A stretch of 63,642 nt of DNA, the filler included, from Reticulomyxa filosa (Eukaryota > Protista > Foraminifera): NCBI GenBank assembly GCA_000512085.1. It is 19 parts of 19 records of this genome, joined end to end, with 100 filler letters (N's around TTAATTAATTAA, not from the genome) between each part and the next. Parts side by side here need not be neighbours in the genome. Positions count along the whole stretch, not along the records: positions 51,962 to 53,604 come from ASPP01001834.1; positions 53,705 to 60,026 come from ASPP01017303.1; positions 60,127 to 61,911 come from ASPP01001072.1; positions 62,012 to 63,642 come from ASPP01026401.1; 15 more parts are not named here. One strand, 5' to 3'. The stretch's first letter is position 1, and every line of letters starts with the position of its first letter. Shown here one piece after another: positions 51,862 to 63,642 of this stretch. Both the position numbers and the translations under genes were made by a program. A model generated the notes under the pieces. It had not been told where the DNA came from. It saw only the letters and a program-made list of their open reading frames with translations, and did no database searches.

Positions 51862-52084
51862 NNNNNNNNNNNNNNNNNNNNNNNNNNNNNNNNNNNNNNN
51901 NNNNNTTAATTAATTAANNNNNNNNNNNNNNNNNNNNNNNNNNNNNNNNNNNNNNNNNNNNTGTTTCGACATCGAAGTTCCTTTTTTGTTTTCAAATATT
52001 CTTCATAAACTACAAAACACTATTTTTAAAGTTTTTGTGATATACACTCATACTCATCAAAAACGATCTTAAGAAAAAAACAAA

Positions 52085-52135
52085 ATGACAACTCTTAGCA
52101 ATGAGAAACAAGCTTGACATAACTGACTTTGGTAA
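52085..52135 (+). pseudogene. Orphan first-exon remnant of the WD40 gene family
   Basis: ATGACAACTCTTAGCAATGAGAAACAAGCTTGA… matches 57631 ATGACAACTCTTGCCGATGAAAAACAAGCTTCA…, with a premature stop and a retained donor. Confidence 0.6.
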
Positions 52136-54305
52136 GCTTTATTACAAGCTTTCAGAAAGCATGTTACCTTTTTTATTGTTTTATTTGTCCTATGTAATTT
52201 GTGATTCAAACATTCCGAAAAAGAAAAGATTTAAGTAATCGTACAGTTGCGACAAAAAAAATTAGCCAACCATAAAATATGAACTTTTTGTGTTTCTAAT
52301 CTAAATTTTAGTAGCAAATTGTGATGATTTTTTCTGGATATACGTTTACACTTTTATAAATAGTTTGTAAAAACAATAAACAAAAATTTGATGAAGACTT
52401 CACAGATAATAATATGTATGGATGCATATATGCAACTGCTGTCGTCGATCTCGCTGCGGAAAAAGGAGAAATTGATTATTTTAAAATGTTTGCTTGTGAG
52501 ATAATAATTATTTGTAAGTACTTTTTTAATTTTGTCTTATTATGAAAGTGAAAGAAAAAAGCTATCTTGTTATTGTGGTTTCTTTTGATGGTTATTATGT
52601 TCATTCCAATTTTTGTCATTATTCTAAAAATTGTATTGATTTTGTTCAATAATCAGTCACTGTCAATACCATATCATTTTTTATAAAAAAGTTGTAAAAG
52701 GAACATTTTTATTTGAATAATTGAATTTGTTGTCTTTTTTAATTTTTTGATAAATAATGTCAATCATGCAAATATTTGTATTTTATGTGTTCAATTGTTG
52801 ACTGACAGTTCCCAAAGGAAACTTTTTCCCCTTTTTTTATTAGCATTTGAATACATATGTGATAAGAGCACAAAATGCTATTCACTCTGGTTTCAAAAGT
52901 GAGTTGAGTGTCCATCGAATTATTTTGACTCATAAAAATAATGGCTCATCTAGCACATGCATAAATCTAACTAACTACTGTTTCATCCACAATTGAACTA
53001 TATATTCAATTCAAAAAAACGAAGACGAAATAGTTACATGAGCTTTATTATATAGGTGGCCTTTAGTGTGTACATCTTAATTGACATTGACTGTTACAAC
53101 GCTAACGGTTGCGGATTATTGTTGATGTAAAGTCGATTTTTTTTTGAACAACAGCATTTGCTGTAAATAAGACGACAGTTTTTTGCTTAGTCTACAACGA
53201 CGCTGCTACGCGTGTTATCAGGAAGCTGTCCTCTTTGTATCTGGGATTGTCAGTTAACAAGCTTTTTTTTTGACTATTTGTTACGCGAATAATCTTTTAT
53301 ATTCGCAATAATTAAGTTTGTGGGTCATTTTATTGAAATTGTGGGTCATTTTTTAGTTTTTTGAACCTGTTTTTCAAAAATGATAGTTTTTTATTCATTC
53401 AACTAGAAAATTAATTTTTTAAATGGCAATTATTATTTAAGTCAGTTATTGTGTTTTTAATATGTTTTATTGAATGAAAATTATGTAAAATTATCAATCA
53501 AAATAATATGTTGCAAGGGGAGCTTGTCCCTTTTTTTTAATTTTATTTCAACGTTATTTGTTTGCTTTTTTATTATTGCCATTATTATCATTTGAAATAA
53601 AATGNNNNNNNNNNNNNNNNNNNNNNNNNNNNNNNNNNNNNNNNNNNNTTAATTAATTAANNNNNNNNNNNNNNNNNNNNNNNNNNNNNNNNNNNNNNNN
53701 NNNNACAACTAGTAACTTTTTTTAACTAATTAAAAAAAAAAAAAAAAAAAAAAACTTTGTTTTTTTTTTTTTTTTTTTTTTCTTTTTGTCTTGTTTTGTG
53801 TTGTTATGACTCAATTGGTGTATAGATGTTTTCTTTGTTTTGTTAATTGTTGGTTTCAATGGATTTTTCTCATTCGTGCGATTTTTTTAAAAAATTGGAA
53901 TAAAAAATTTTTGCCAGAAATCTCAAAGTTAAAAACGCCCCAATAACAAAATTATTTTTCCAAATTTTGATTTTTTTTTGTGATTTGTTCTCTCTCTTGT
54001 TTTGCTTTTGTTTTTCTATTTTTTGTATTGTGTTTTGACTCAGGATGTGGTGTTTTTTTCTCTTTTTTTTGTTATTTTTTTTAATTTTGATTTGATACAC
54101 CAAAACCAGCAACTTTTTGTGGCACTTTGACAATTTGTTTCGCATAAAAAGTACTTGTTTTTTTTTCCTATTTTGAAAACCTGGCCGTTCCCTCGTGTGC
54201 TTGATTGTGAAAAAAAAATCAAGTACTAAAAAAAAAAAGGGGGCAAGAGGTTCACCCTTCCCCAAATATCAAAAAATTGAGACAAAAAAAAAGCTCTCTT
54301 AGACG

Positions 54306-54914
54306 ATGACATTACAGCCAAGCACAACTACTCTCGGTGCAGATGTCCCTCGAGGTGACGACAATTATACAGTGCCTCCCTTGAGTCCCTTTTCGAGTTT
54401 GGACCCACCATTAGCAGAGTTGGGACAGGTACCAGGGGCAGGGGCAGAAGGATCAACAGCAGCAACAGCAACAACAGCAACAACAACAGCAGAAACAGGA
54501 ACAGGAACAGGAACAGGGACAGGGACAGGGGCAATACCGACAATGGAGCGCCGACCAAGTGATGCACGACGACTATCTCGCCAACTATCAAACCAATTTG
54601 TGAGACAGCTGAGCCGTCGACCGAGTGTGACGTCGACGCTGCCCAACTTTGTGCCATCGATCGCGGCGCCATTTTTCAATATGGGAGAAGGGAACACGGG
54701 TACAATGGTCCAAGAGACATATTTTTGTCAAATCTGTTTCATGACCAACGCACAGAAGGATGGTTTCAGGCTGTCCAATTGCAATCACATTTTCTGCACC
54801 GAATGCATCAAAGGGTATTGGAGTAATCGTATCGAAGACGGGACTGTCAATTTCAAATGCTTTCATCTGTTGGCCGAAAAACAGGTTTACCAAAGTATTT
54901 GAGAGGGGAGATAT

Positions 54915-54959
<45 letters not shown>

Positions 54960-56366
54960 TAAAACTCATAGCAATGAACATTGCAGCAAAGCGGTAAACG
55001 AACAAGACATCTTCCAGGTGGTGACTGAAGAGGTGGCGATGAAATTTCGACGGTTTAAAGAGAACTTGGAAAACCCAAACGCGCGACAATGCCCCAAGTG
55101 CCAGAACACGCAGACGGGAGACCCCAATAATCCCGTCATGACTTGCAGCAAGTGTCAGACCAGCTACTGCTTTTACCACAGCATCGCCCATCCCCTCGAC
55201 GAACGCTGCGAAGCCTACGAGTCGAGGATGCTCAAGGAGGACAAACTAAACCGCGAAGTCACAAAAGACGCAAAGGGCTGTCCGAGGTGTAAGTACCTGA
55301 TTGAAAAGAATGGCGGATGTAATCATATGAGAGTTTTGGGATATATGTATATATTGTATACATACATATATAGTATATACATATGCATATATGTATATAT
55401 GTGCATGTATGTGTGACGGATATTTTTTTTTTTCAAAAAAAAAAAAAAAAGAAAAAAAGGGGACTTATTTAAATATATACATATACGTATATGCATATAC
55501 ATATATGTATATGCATAATATATGTATATAACATATATAAATTAGTGCATCAAATGCTCGTGTTCATTTTGCTGGCTATGCCTGCAAGAGATTGAGGATG
55601 TGTCGATTCCAAACCACTTTCAAGAAGGTGCTTGCGCAGGGAAGCAATTCGAAGGGATGGAAGGCGAGGTAGGCGTCCCTCCCCCGCGCTGGCTTCTCGC
55701 CACTTTGATTTGCTTTGCTTGCATCTTCGCAATCCCCTCGCTGGCTATCGCCTTGCCATTGGCTTTGCTCTGCTTCCCTTGCGTGTGGTGCTGTGAAGGC
55801 TTGCTTGTTCCTTCAAGAGGACGCGAATGCACTTTTGTCACCGTTGTCGGTTCGTTTTTTATTTTTTTATTTTATTTTTAAACTTGAACTCCTTTTTTTG
55901 TTTTTTATACAATATAATATTATATGTACATATATGCATATATGTATATACATATATATATATAGGCTATTGCTGGGGTGGCTGGATGATGCTCTTCTTA
56001 GTGATTGTGGTGATCGTACCATTGTCAATAATAATAGGCATAGCGAGGGCATTGTTTGGGATTTGCGGCATTGAAGTATGCGCGGAATTAGACCAGCAAA
56101 ACCAACAGCCACTGAGGAGACTAGAGCCTGTGCCTGTGGCCATACAAAATGATCCACCACAGGCTGCTCCGATCGCTGAACGTGGCTACGACATGGCCAT
56201 TTTGGTTTCTGATGCCGCCTTAGCCGAGGAAGAAAGAGACTTCCAAAGAGCCTTACAAGAGTCAGCCGAAGAAGCTCGTCGCCAAAATATCGAGATCTCT
56301 CCTTCTTATACTACTTATGGGTCAATCCAGACTGGCCAAGTCACTATTGACATGCCTACTTCCTAA
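54306..56366 (+). CDS. RBR (RING1-IBR-RING2) E3 ubiquitin ligase with C-terminal TM segments and UIM, 4 exons
   Basis: CQIC..CNHIFCTEC, CPKC..CSKC..CFYH, CPRC..IEKNGGCNHMR|CIKC..FCWLC, two hydrophobic segments, and EEERDFQRALQES. Confidence 0.9.
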
Positions 56367-57630
56367 TCATTGTCACTTCTTCCTCACTCATACTCACACG
56401 CACATGCACGTTCTCTTTCTATATCTCTCTTATCTATCTCTCTCTCTCTCTTGTCGTATCAACATAACAAAAACGTTCCTTTCCGGACAGTAAATAAAAA
56501 AAATAAGTGCAACATTTTATTGGAAATTCAAATATCTTGTTTTTTTATTTTTTTCCGTTATTTTATTTTATTTTTGCTATGTGTGAAGTTGTTGACAGTC
56601 AACAACAAAACAAAGTGAATACTGTTCTTTTTGTTTGCTTTGTGAATAAAATCCAACTCCTTTGCAATCTTTTTTTTTTTGCAAAGATGTTTGCCCTTTT
56701 TTAATAAGTTTTGTTTTTCGGTGATTAAATTGAACCTAACTAAACTGCAGAAAAGTGAAAATTTTTCTTATATTACAATGCGCAAGTTTTTGTTAAAAAA
56801 AAAAAGAGAACCTTTGGCGGCTGCCAAATTTCAGAGCATATGCTTCTCACTTTCTTCGCCTAATTAATGGGTGACATAGGTTCCTACAAACGTCCTGATT
56901 ACTAATAGTACGCATCAGGGCAATCTTTTTATCTACCTTTTCTTTGGAATACTTTCAAATTAAAACGACATTATTAGGTTTAAATAAAAAAATCAAAATA
57001 CTATATGTATCGGTCTTATAAAACAAAAAGTGATTTTTGATGGATGCAAATTTTCTATTTGCTAGAAAAAAGTACTAAACTAAAAAGAAAACCATCTTTG
57101 GGTTTCCAAGAAAAAGTTAAATACATACATTCATATCCTTAACGAAAATGCAATTGAGTTTTTGATGGATTATTAATAAGTGAATAGTTTGACACTGTTT
57201 CCCTCATGAATGCTGCAAAGAGTGCGATAAATTCTTTAGAAGAGGTAATTGTCGTTTTTTTTGAGTGTAAAGCCCTACTAGGGATTCAGCTTTGATTTTG
57301 TCTCACCGTGTAAAAATTAACAAATTTCGTCATAACGTGCACAATATTTTTTTAAGATGAAAATGCAACTTTTTAAATAAACCTATTTGTTTTCATTCAA
57401 ACTTAAAAAAAATCATAGTTGATCGTTGTCGAGCTTGTTTTTAATTTTCATATTTTTTAAATAGCTTTCAAAAAGATTTTTAAACATAGGACAAATCTGC
57501 AATGTATGTTTAGTATTCATTTCAAAAAATTGTTTTTAAATTCTTTGTTCTTTCATTGATTTTAAAAAAAAACCTGTTCTTCTTACATAATCTAAGACCC
57601 ATCAAGAGAAAAAATAAAAGAAGTTAAAAT

Positions 57631-59020
57631 ATGACAACTCTTGCCGATGAAAAACAAGCTTCAATGCATCCAGCATTGGTAACCTTTATTTAATTTTTCA
57701 GCCCTCTTTGTGTTTGGCTTATTTAATTTTTTATTACATGTGATTTTTAATTAAATTAGTTAGAAGAAGAAAAAATACAAATAATTATCCAAAATTGGGT
57801 CCGAACATTAAACGTTAAATTAGGATGGATTCATGATTTTGACAAGCTTGTTGTTGACTACGTTAGGATTTTTGTTTTTCATTTAATGACGATCAATAAA
57901 ATATTTTTTTTATCACTTCATAACATAGGTTGCAACTATCCTCTTCTTTGATGTATTTCATTCATCATCTAAATTACTCAAGACTTTACATGGACATACA
58001 GATTACGCAAGAAGTGTTGATTATTCAACATTTGATGGTAGTCAACTTATTTGTTCTGGATCAGATGATAAAACAGTTCGATTATGGGATGTTGATAACA
58101 ACAAACAAATTCAGTCATTCAATGGACATCTAGATTCTGTGTATTGCGTGAAATTTTCACCATATCATAATCATAATCATTGTAATGTCATTTGTTCTTC
58201 ATCAAATGACAAAACCATTCGTTTTTGGGATATTAAAAATAATAAACAGTTACAAATATTCAATAAGCATACTGGTGGTGTTGGTGGCATTGAATTTTCA
58301 TCATTTAATAATGGTCGATATTTGTGTTCTGGATCTCGTGACTACACTATTCGTTTATGGGATGTCGAAACATCCAATTTATTACATGTATTCAATGGAC
58401 ATACAGATGGTGTTTGGTGCGTTGATATTTCACCTTTGCAAAACAATAAAAACAATAGTAAAAGCAATAATATTGGCGTGATTGGTGGAAATGGATACAC
58501 AATTTGTTCTGGATCATCGGATACAACTATTCGAATATGGGATATTGAAACAGCCAAACAATCGAATGAATTCAAAGGACATGAAAACGCGATTATGAGT
58601 ATAAAATATGGATCAAATGAATTAGGAAATATTGGTGGTGCAAATACAATATTATCTGGATCGCATGATAAAAGTGTTCGTTTGTGGGATATTCGATCTG
58701 GTCAACAAATTCAAGTGTTCAATGGACATTTGAAGGAAGTGAACGTTGTTAAATATTCGCCATTTGTAATAAATAATATTGAAATTGGTAATATTTCGAA
58801 TGTAATATGTTCTGCGTCAATTGATAGAACAATTCGTTTTTGGGATATTCGATCAAATAAAAAAGAATTGTATGTTCTCGAAGGAGATGAGAGGGATGGT
58901 GGAATATATTGCATTGAATTTCTACAATTGAAAAAGAAAGGAAAACAAATTAACAGCAATGATAATCTTGTCAAGCTGTGTTATGGTTCATTTAGAGGTA
59001 CTATTTACATCTGGGGGTAA
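57631..59020 (+). CDS. WD40-repeat protein of the expanded foraminiferan family (3 exons)
   Basis: MTTLADEKQ | EEEKIQIIIQNWVRTLNVKLGWIHDFDKLV | about 7 WD repeats (ICSGS.DKT.R.WD) ending IYIWG*. Confidence 0.9.
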
Positions 59021-59676
59021 CTCAATTGTTTAAAAATTTTCGTGGCAAGAAATGATGTTTTTTTGAATGAATTAAATAAAATAAATTTTCACTACCAATC
59101 AATTGATTTCTCTTTTTTCATAGAAGATTCTGCTTGTAAATTTGACTGCATTCAAATATGTCCACTTTGAATATTTCATTGTACAAAAAGCATTTCAACA
59201 ATTTATTAATCAAATTGAATTTGACATATTCTGTAGAAAAAGAAGAAAAATATGATTATCCTTTTTATTGAAAGATTACAGTATGATAAAAAAGAAAGTT
59301 GATGATAATATTTTGTTTTTTTATTTGATATTCAACTTTACCAACGTGTTAAATCTACTTTGGCTTTTTTAATGATTGTATTCTCTTTGGCATTGACTTT
59401 ATTAAGGTTTCACAAATGTCTTTTTCTACTTTTTCCAATTCTATTTCGAATTTGTTCCAAAGTTCTTCAGTGGTATTAAATGATCCTTTTTTGTGAATTA
59501 TTGTCTTTACTAGACACAAAAGATTTTCGATTGGATCAAGTCGGGAGAATTGGAGGAAAATCTATTATATTTATTTTTTTTCGTTTTAACTGTTTGATAA
59601 TTTTTTCCGATTTATGGCATGTGCTGAAAAATCCAATAATGTTTGTTTTCTAAGCAGCAATTAATATTTTTATCAT

Positions 59677-60026
59677 TTCATCAGATAAAATTTTTTTATA
59701 CAGTAGAATCAAAGTAAAGTTGACACTAACGCTGCACCTTATAGAGATGATTGATTTTGTACATGAAAAAACACATTCAGACCTAATTTTTTAAAAAAAT
59801 ATCCACAAATCGTGTACTCTTTAAATATCATTTTGAATTTAGTTTTTTATTAAATCTTTACTAATTGTTTAAAAAATTTGAATATTTTATTCATTTTTGA
59901 AAATTTTCGAGAAAAAGTTGACAATCATGCCTACATCGTAACCGTGAAACTTGCCAACTTTTTTTTAAGCATTTTTAGAAAGTCCTTAATGCGTAGATGT
60001 TTGTAAAAAAAAGATTAGTCTTCTAC
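59677..60026 (+). repeat. Dispersed non-coding repeat, copy of MITE-like family
   Basis: Left part matches 48320-48485 and 5725-5872. ATGCGTAGAT…AAAAAAAG near 59990 matches the right arm near 6043. Confidence 0.6.
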
Positions 60027-60559
60027 NNNNNNNNNNNNNNNNNNNNNNNNNNNNNNNNNNNNNNNNNNNNTTAATTAATTAANNNNNNNNNNNNNNNNNN
60101 NNNNNNNNNNNNNNNNNNNNNNNNNNAGAAATTGGACAATTTCTTGCATTTTAATCATTTTGTTAATTTTACCCCTTTTGATCGTTTGTTAAATAGTTTT
60201 TATGCAATAGTGAATATGGTTTGCAACCAAAAAAAATGCAACATGAATTTAGTGCAGGCCGACAAATCATATTTTTTGATAATAGTATTGGCAAAGAAAA
60301 GAAATTTGGTTACTTAACAACTTCATTTGGCCACAACAAAAATAATTTACAAAAAAAAATGATTAAGTTTAGATTTTTTGTATTTCTGTGGAGCTTTTTC
60401 AAATTTTTGTGTAATTGATACGCTGTTTCTAAAGAAATATGCCATAATCAAAAGAAAGTAATTTTATGTCGCTTTCTTTTTTTTTGTTTAAAAAAAAATA
60501 GAAGACACTTAATAAAGAATAAACATACAACTTGCAAATATATATGTGTGTATACATAA

Positions 60560-60892
60560 ATCGTACTAAATACCATATCAGTGATGTGGCAGATATTGCA
60601 AAGAATGATACTGTAAATCCTCGTGAGGCTATTCTCCCCCCCAAATAACAACACCCAAACCCTTGTGGGACGTCTGCTGATAGTATTGATGCATTAACTG
60701 TAATATGAGATGTGTTTACTTAAAAGAGAATAGGAGTTTTGTAAAACGAAAGTAAATTAAATAATAAAACGAAATATCAAAGGAAAGTAAAGAAAAGTAA
60801 CAAAGTAAGAATTAAGTTGTTGATGAAATTTAACCTACTGGGGATTCCTCCGTTTCCTTGACGTTCAGATACTTATAATAGGGACTTGCCAT
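60560..60892 (-). CDS. Hypothetical membrane protein, 5' exons
   Basis: MASPYYKYLNVKETEESPV | NTSHITVNASILSADVPQGFGCCYLGGRIASRGFTVSFFAISATSLIWY joined by a GT-AG intron. Confidence 0.4.
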
Positions 60893-61216
60893 ACACACTA
60901 AAGCTTTTCCTAATATTGTGTTGTTTCTCATCCAAACAGAAAGCTTTTTCTCTTTACAAATTATGCTTTGGAAAAATTTGTGTGATAGGTTGAAGCGCTA
61001 GAAATTAAAGAAATTTCTTTTAAAATACATTATGAGTACGATATATTCATATTCTATTTCAGAACAAGTAGGCTTGGAAAATATCAACAATTTTCAACTT
61101 TAGTTCGCTTTTGCACTGGTCAAAACACATAGTCAATGGAAAAAATTGTGACCATTAGAAGAATTGTTTTTGAACTGCTGTGTTTTTTCTTGCTTGTAGT
61201 AGCGGCAACTAATATA

Positions 61217-61812
61217 ATGAGCGAACAAAGTGCTGCATGCTTGAAACGCAATAGAAGACAGCGTAATTTACGTATGATGGGCCAGATGTACATTTAGCGT
61301 CACTGTGCTCGTGTTCCAAAATACATCGACAATTGCACATGGAAAAGAATGAAGATACAGAAGAAGAGATAATGGAAAGCGAAATGCAAGATAAAATGGA
61401 AAAGAAAGAAAATATAATTGAAAAAAAAGAACAAGGACAAGATAGAAGTACAAAGAAAAAAAGGATTAATCAAAAAAACGGACGAAAGAAGACGAATACA
61501 AAAGAAGAAAATTTAATAGACAAATTAAAGCAAGATATGGAATGTGTGATATTTACACAAATGTACGTAGCGTCAGTGACATTGTGTTGTGGACATTCAT
61601 TTTGTTATATGTGTTTGAAGGAGTACATGGAGCAAAGCAGCAATTTGCAAATAGTCAAATGTCCCATTTGTCGAAGCAAAAACAAAGTTCCCGCGATTGA
61701 TAGAGATATTTCGATTAACTTTGCTTTGCAATCATTGATCGAAAAGGTGAATCCATATTCATTGGACGAGCAAGGCTTGATCGATTACAAACAGATATAT
61801 CAGCAATATCTG
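61217..61812 (+). CDS. C3HC4-type RING finger protein fragment (second Cys replaced by Phe; 5' frame discontinuity)
   Basis: ECVIF...LCCGHSFCYMCL...CPICRS...INFALQSLIEK. Confidence 0.7.
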
Positions 61813-62011
61813 GTATGTTTTGTTTTTATTGTTGTTTATTGTCATTGCTGATAAAATATGTTCGAATTGTTTTATTACGAGTTTTTTTTTCCAAAATAAA
61901 AAAACAAAAAANNNNNNNNNNNNNNNNNNNNNNNNNNNNNNNNNNNNNNNNNNNNTTAATTAATTAANNNNNNNNNNNNNNNNNNNNNNNNNNNNNNNNN
62001 NNNNNNNNNNN

Positions 62012-62195
62012 TCTTCTCAAGGACTGAAATTGTCCCAAGTCACTTTGGACTATGATAATGAGCTGAAAAAAGCTGAGACATCCAACGAACTGGAACAAAA
62101 TTACGAATTGCCTGATGGCCAAGTAACCACCGTTGGTGCTGAACGATTGCGATGCACAGAAATTTTGTTCAAACCAAAGTTCATTGGATTTGAAG
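62012..62195 (+). pseudogene. ACT: Actin fragment
   Basis: LDYDNELKKAETSNELEQNYELPDGQVTTVGAERLRCTEILFKPKFIG. Confidence 0.9.
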
Positions 62196-62815
62196 CCTTG
62201 ATTGCGAGGAAGCCACACAAAAGGGTATGTTTGTGTTAAAAAAAAAAGGAGTAATAATTTTTTTTTATCTTCAAAAAAACAAAAAAAAAATATAGAGAAA
62301 TTCAAGAACAAACCTGACAACATACTCAATTGTGTTAGGAATTGAAAAATTAATAGTATGTGGAATCCTTCAGTCAAGAAAACATTAACAAAGGTCGGGT
62401 ATAAAACGAAAAAAATCCCGTTTATTCCAATGAGTAGATTGAAAGAAGAAAACTTGACAAAAATAAGTGAATGCATGCTATTGGTAGAAAGGATTTTCAG
62501 TCAAATTGAAAAAGATACCATTACTATTGCAACATTGACCGATGCTTTGGAGAAAATCGTAAGTCAACCAAAAAGACCAACAAAGAAACCATTCCGTATG
62601 TCAGTCAGTGCTATCTATAACATCAAAGGAGTGGGTAATATGACTACTGGACGTATTGGACAATGCTCATATCCGAACTACTAAAGCTCCTTGTCAAATG
62701 TTGAAAATCAAATTGAAAATTGGAAAAGCAACAAACAGTGCAAAAGTTGAGGGTGCCACTTTCATTGAGGCAAGTAACTAACCTGAAGTCATATTTGCTC
62801 CAAAAATGCATTAAT
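62186..62815 (+). pseudogene. EFL: Elongation factor-like (EFL, EF-1alpha family) pseudogene fragment with deletions, stops and one intron
   Basis: GFEALIA.GSHTKG|EIQEQT*QH, KVGYKTKKIPFIP, PKRPTKKPFRM..IKGVGNMTTGRIGQ (EFL-type), then a jump to HIRTTKAPCQM..IGKATNSAKVE. Confidence 0.8.
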
Positions 62816-63642
62816 TGTGACCTGTGCAGACTATTGAGTATGTCAAAAAGAATTTCTTATATATATGTATATGATATCACGTATAATATAATACTTTATT
62901 GTATCGTGTTGTTATTATTATAGGGAGAATGGCCCAATGGACACAAGCTCGTCGATTATGTTGGGAAAAGTTCAATTTTAATATTTTCCCGTGTTGATAA
63001 ATACATACGATCACATTTGTGATCAACACATTTGTATTTCTTGCGAATAAAAAAATTGCAAATGTATGATTAAATCCTTTAAAAAAAAGAAAAAAATACG
63101 GGTAGGCCGAGACCGTGGAGGTTATAATTTTTTCTTGGCTACATCCAAAAGTAGATAATTTTGAAGTCTAACTCGTATTTTATTATGGAGTTAGTCTTTT
63201 GCACTTTTTTAATTTCTTTTTTCCATTCCAAAAAAATATGCGTCCGACCAAAGAGAACTATTAAACAGACCAAGTCGAATCGTTTTCGTTGATTGGCTGT
63301 GTTTTCTTTTTTCAGGACTACATCCGCAAAAAGTTATTTTCCCAAGAAATAGGACTTAATGAAAGCAATTTTTTTATTCAAACTTCTAGATAAGAGTATG
63401 TTCAATGAAAGATAACAGTTTCACAATTTAATAATCTGCGCAAAGATAGAAAAAATAATAATTGTGCATATACAAAGCAAAAAAAAAAAAAGAAGATAGA
63501 CTATTATTATTAAATTAATCCTAACACAGTTTCAAGAAAGTTAGTTGCAACTGAGTTCCATTCAAGCGGTCATTTAAAAACAGATGAACAAACAAAGCAA
63601 ACAAGGTGATGCAATGAAAAACGTTGCATTTACCAGGCTCGG

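Noticed and set aside
3735-62011. Recurring TTAATTAATTAA as a CRISPR-like repeat or biological motif
   Set aside because: It is always centred in exactly 100 bp with N padding, so it is an artificial six-frame-stop linker.

Overview
This is AT-rich eukaryotic DNA, not one continuous locus. It is 19 short contigs joined by 18 artificial 100-bp linkers (N44-TTAATTAATTAA-N44, stops in all six frames), so gene order only means something within a contig. The gene families (expanded WD40 family with the 'IQIIIQxWxRxLxxKLGWI' leader, EFL, split RGS domains) and the poly-A/T and (TA)n-rich GT-AG introns point to a foraminiferan such as Reticulomyxa filosa; that assignment is my inference. Signalling and immune-like genes: two paralogous NACHT-(pentapeptide)-WD40 NLR-like fragments, an RNF213/mysterin-like fragment, an LRR protein fused to a ~10-11 TM domain, tandem RGS genes (one a 7TM-RGS), a PIP kinase that may be a GPCR-PIPK, and a membrane-anchored RBR E3 ligase with a UIM. 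Other genes: GH20 hexosaminidase, hexokinase, Rab18, cytochrome b561, a divergent SdhC missed by the ORF track, CFAP73/CCDC42, a SET fragment, WD40 and RING genes. Also present are an actin-EFL chimeric pseudogene, decayed LINE pieces, a MITE-like repeat family and a 68-bp intronic palindrome. All calls come from reading motifs by eye, and exon boundaries are approximate.
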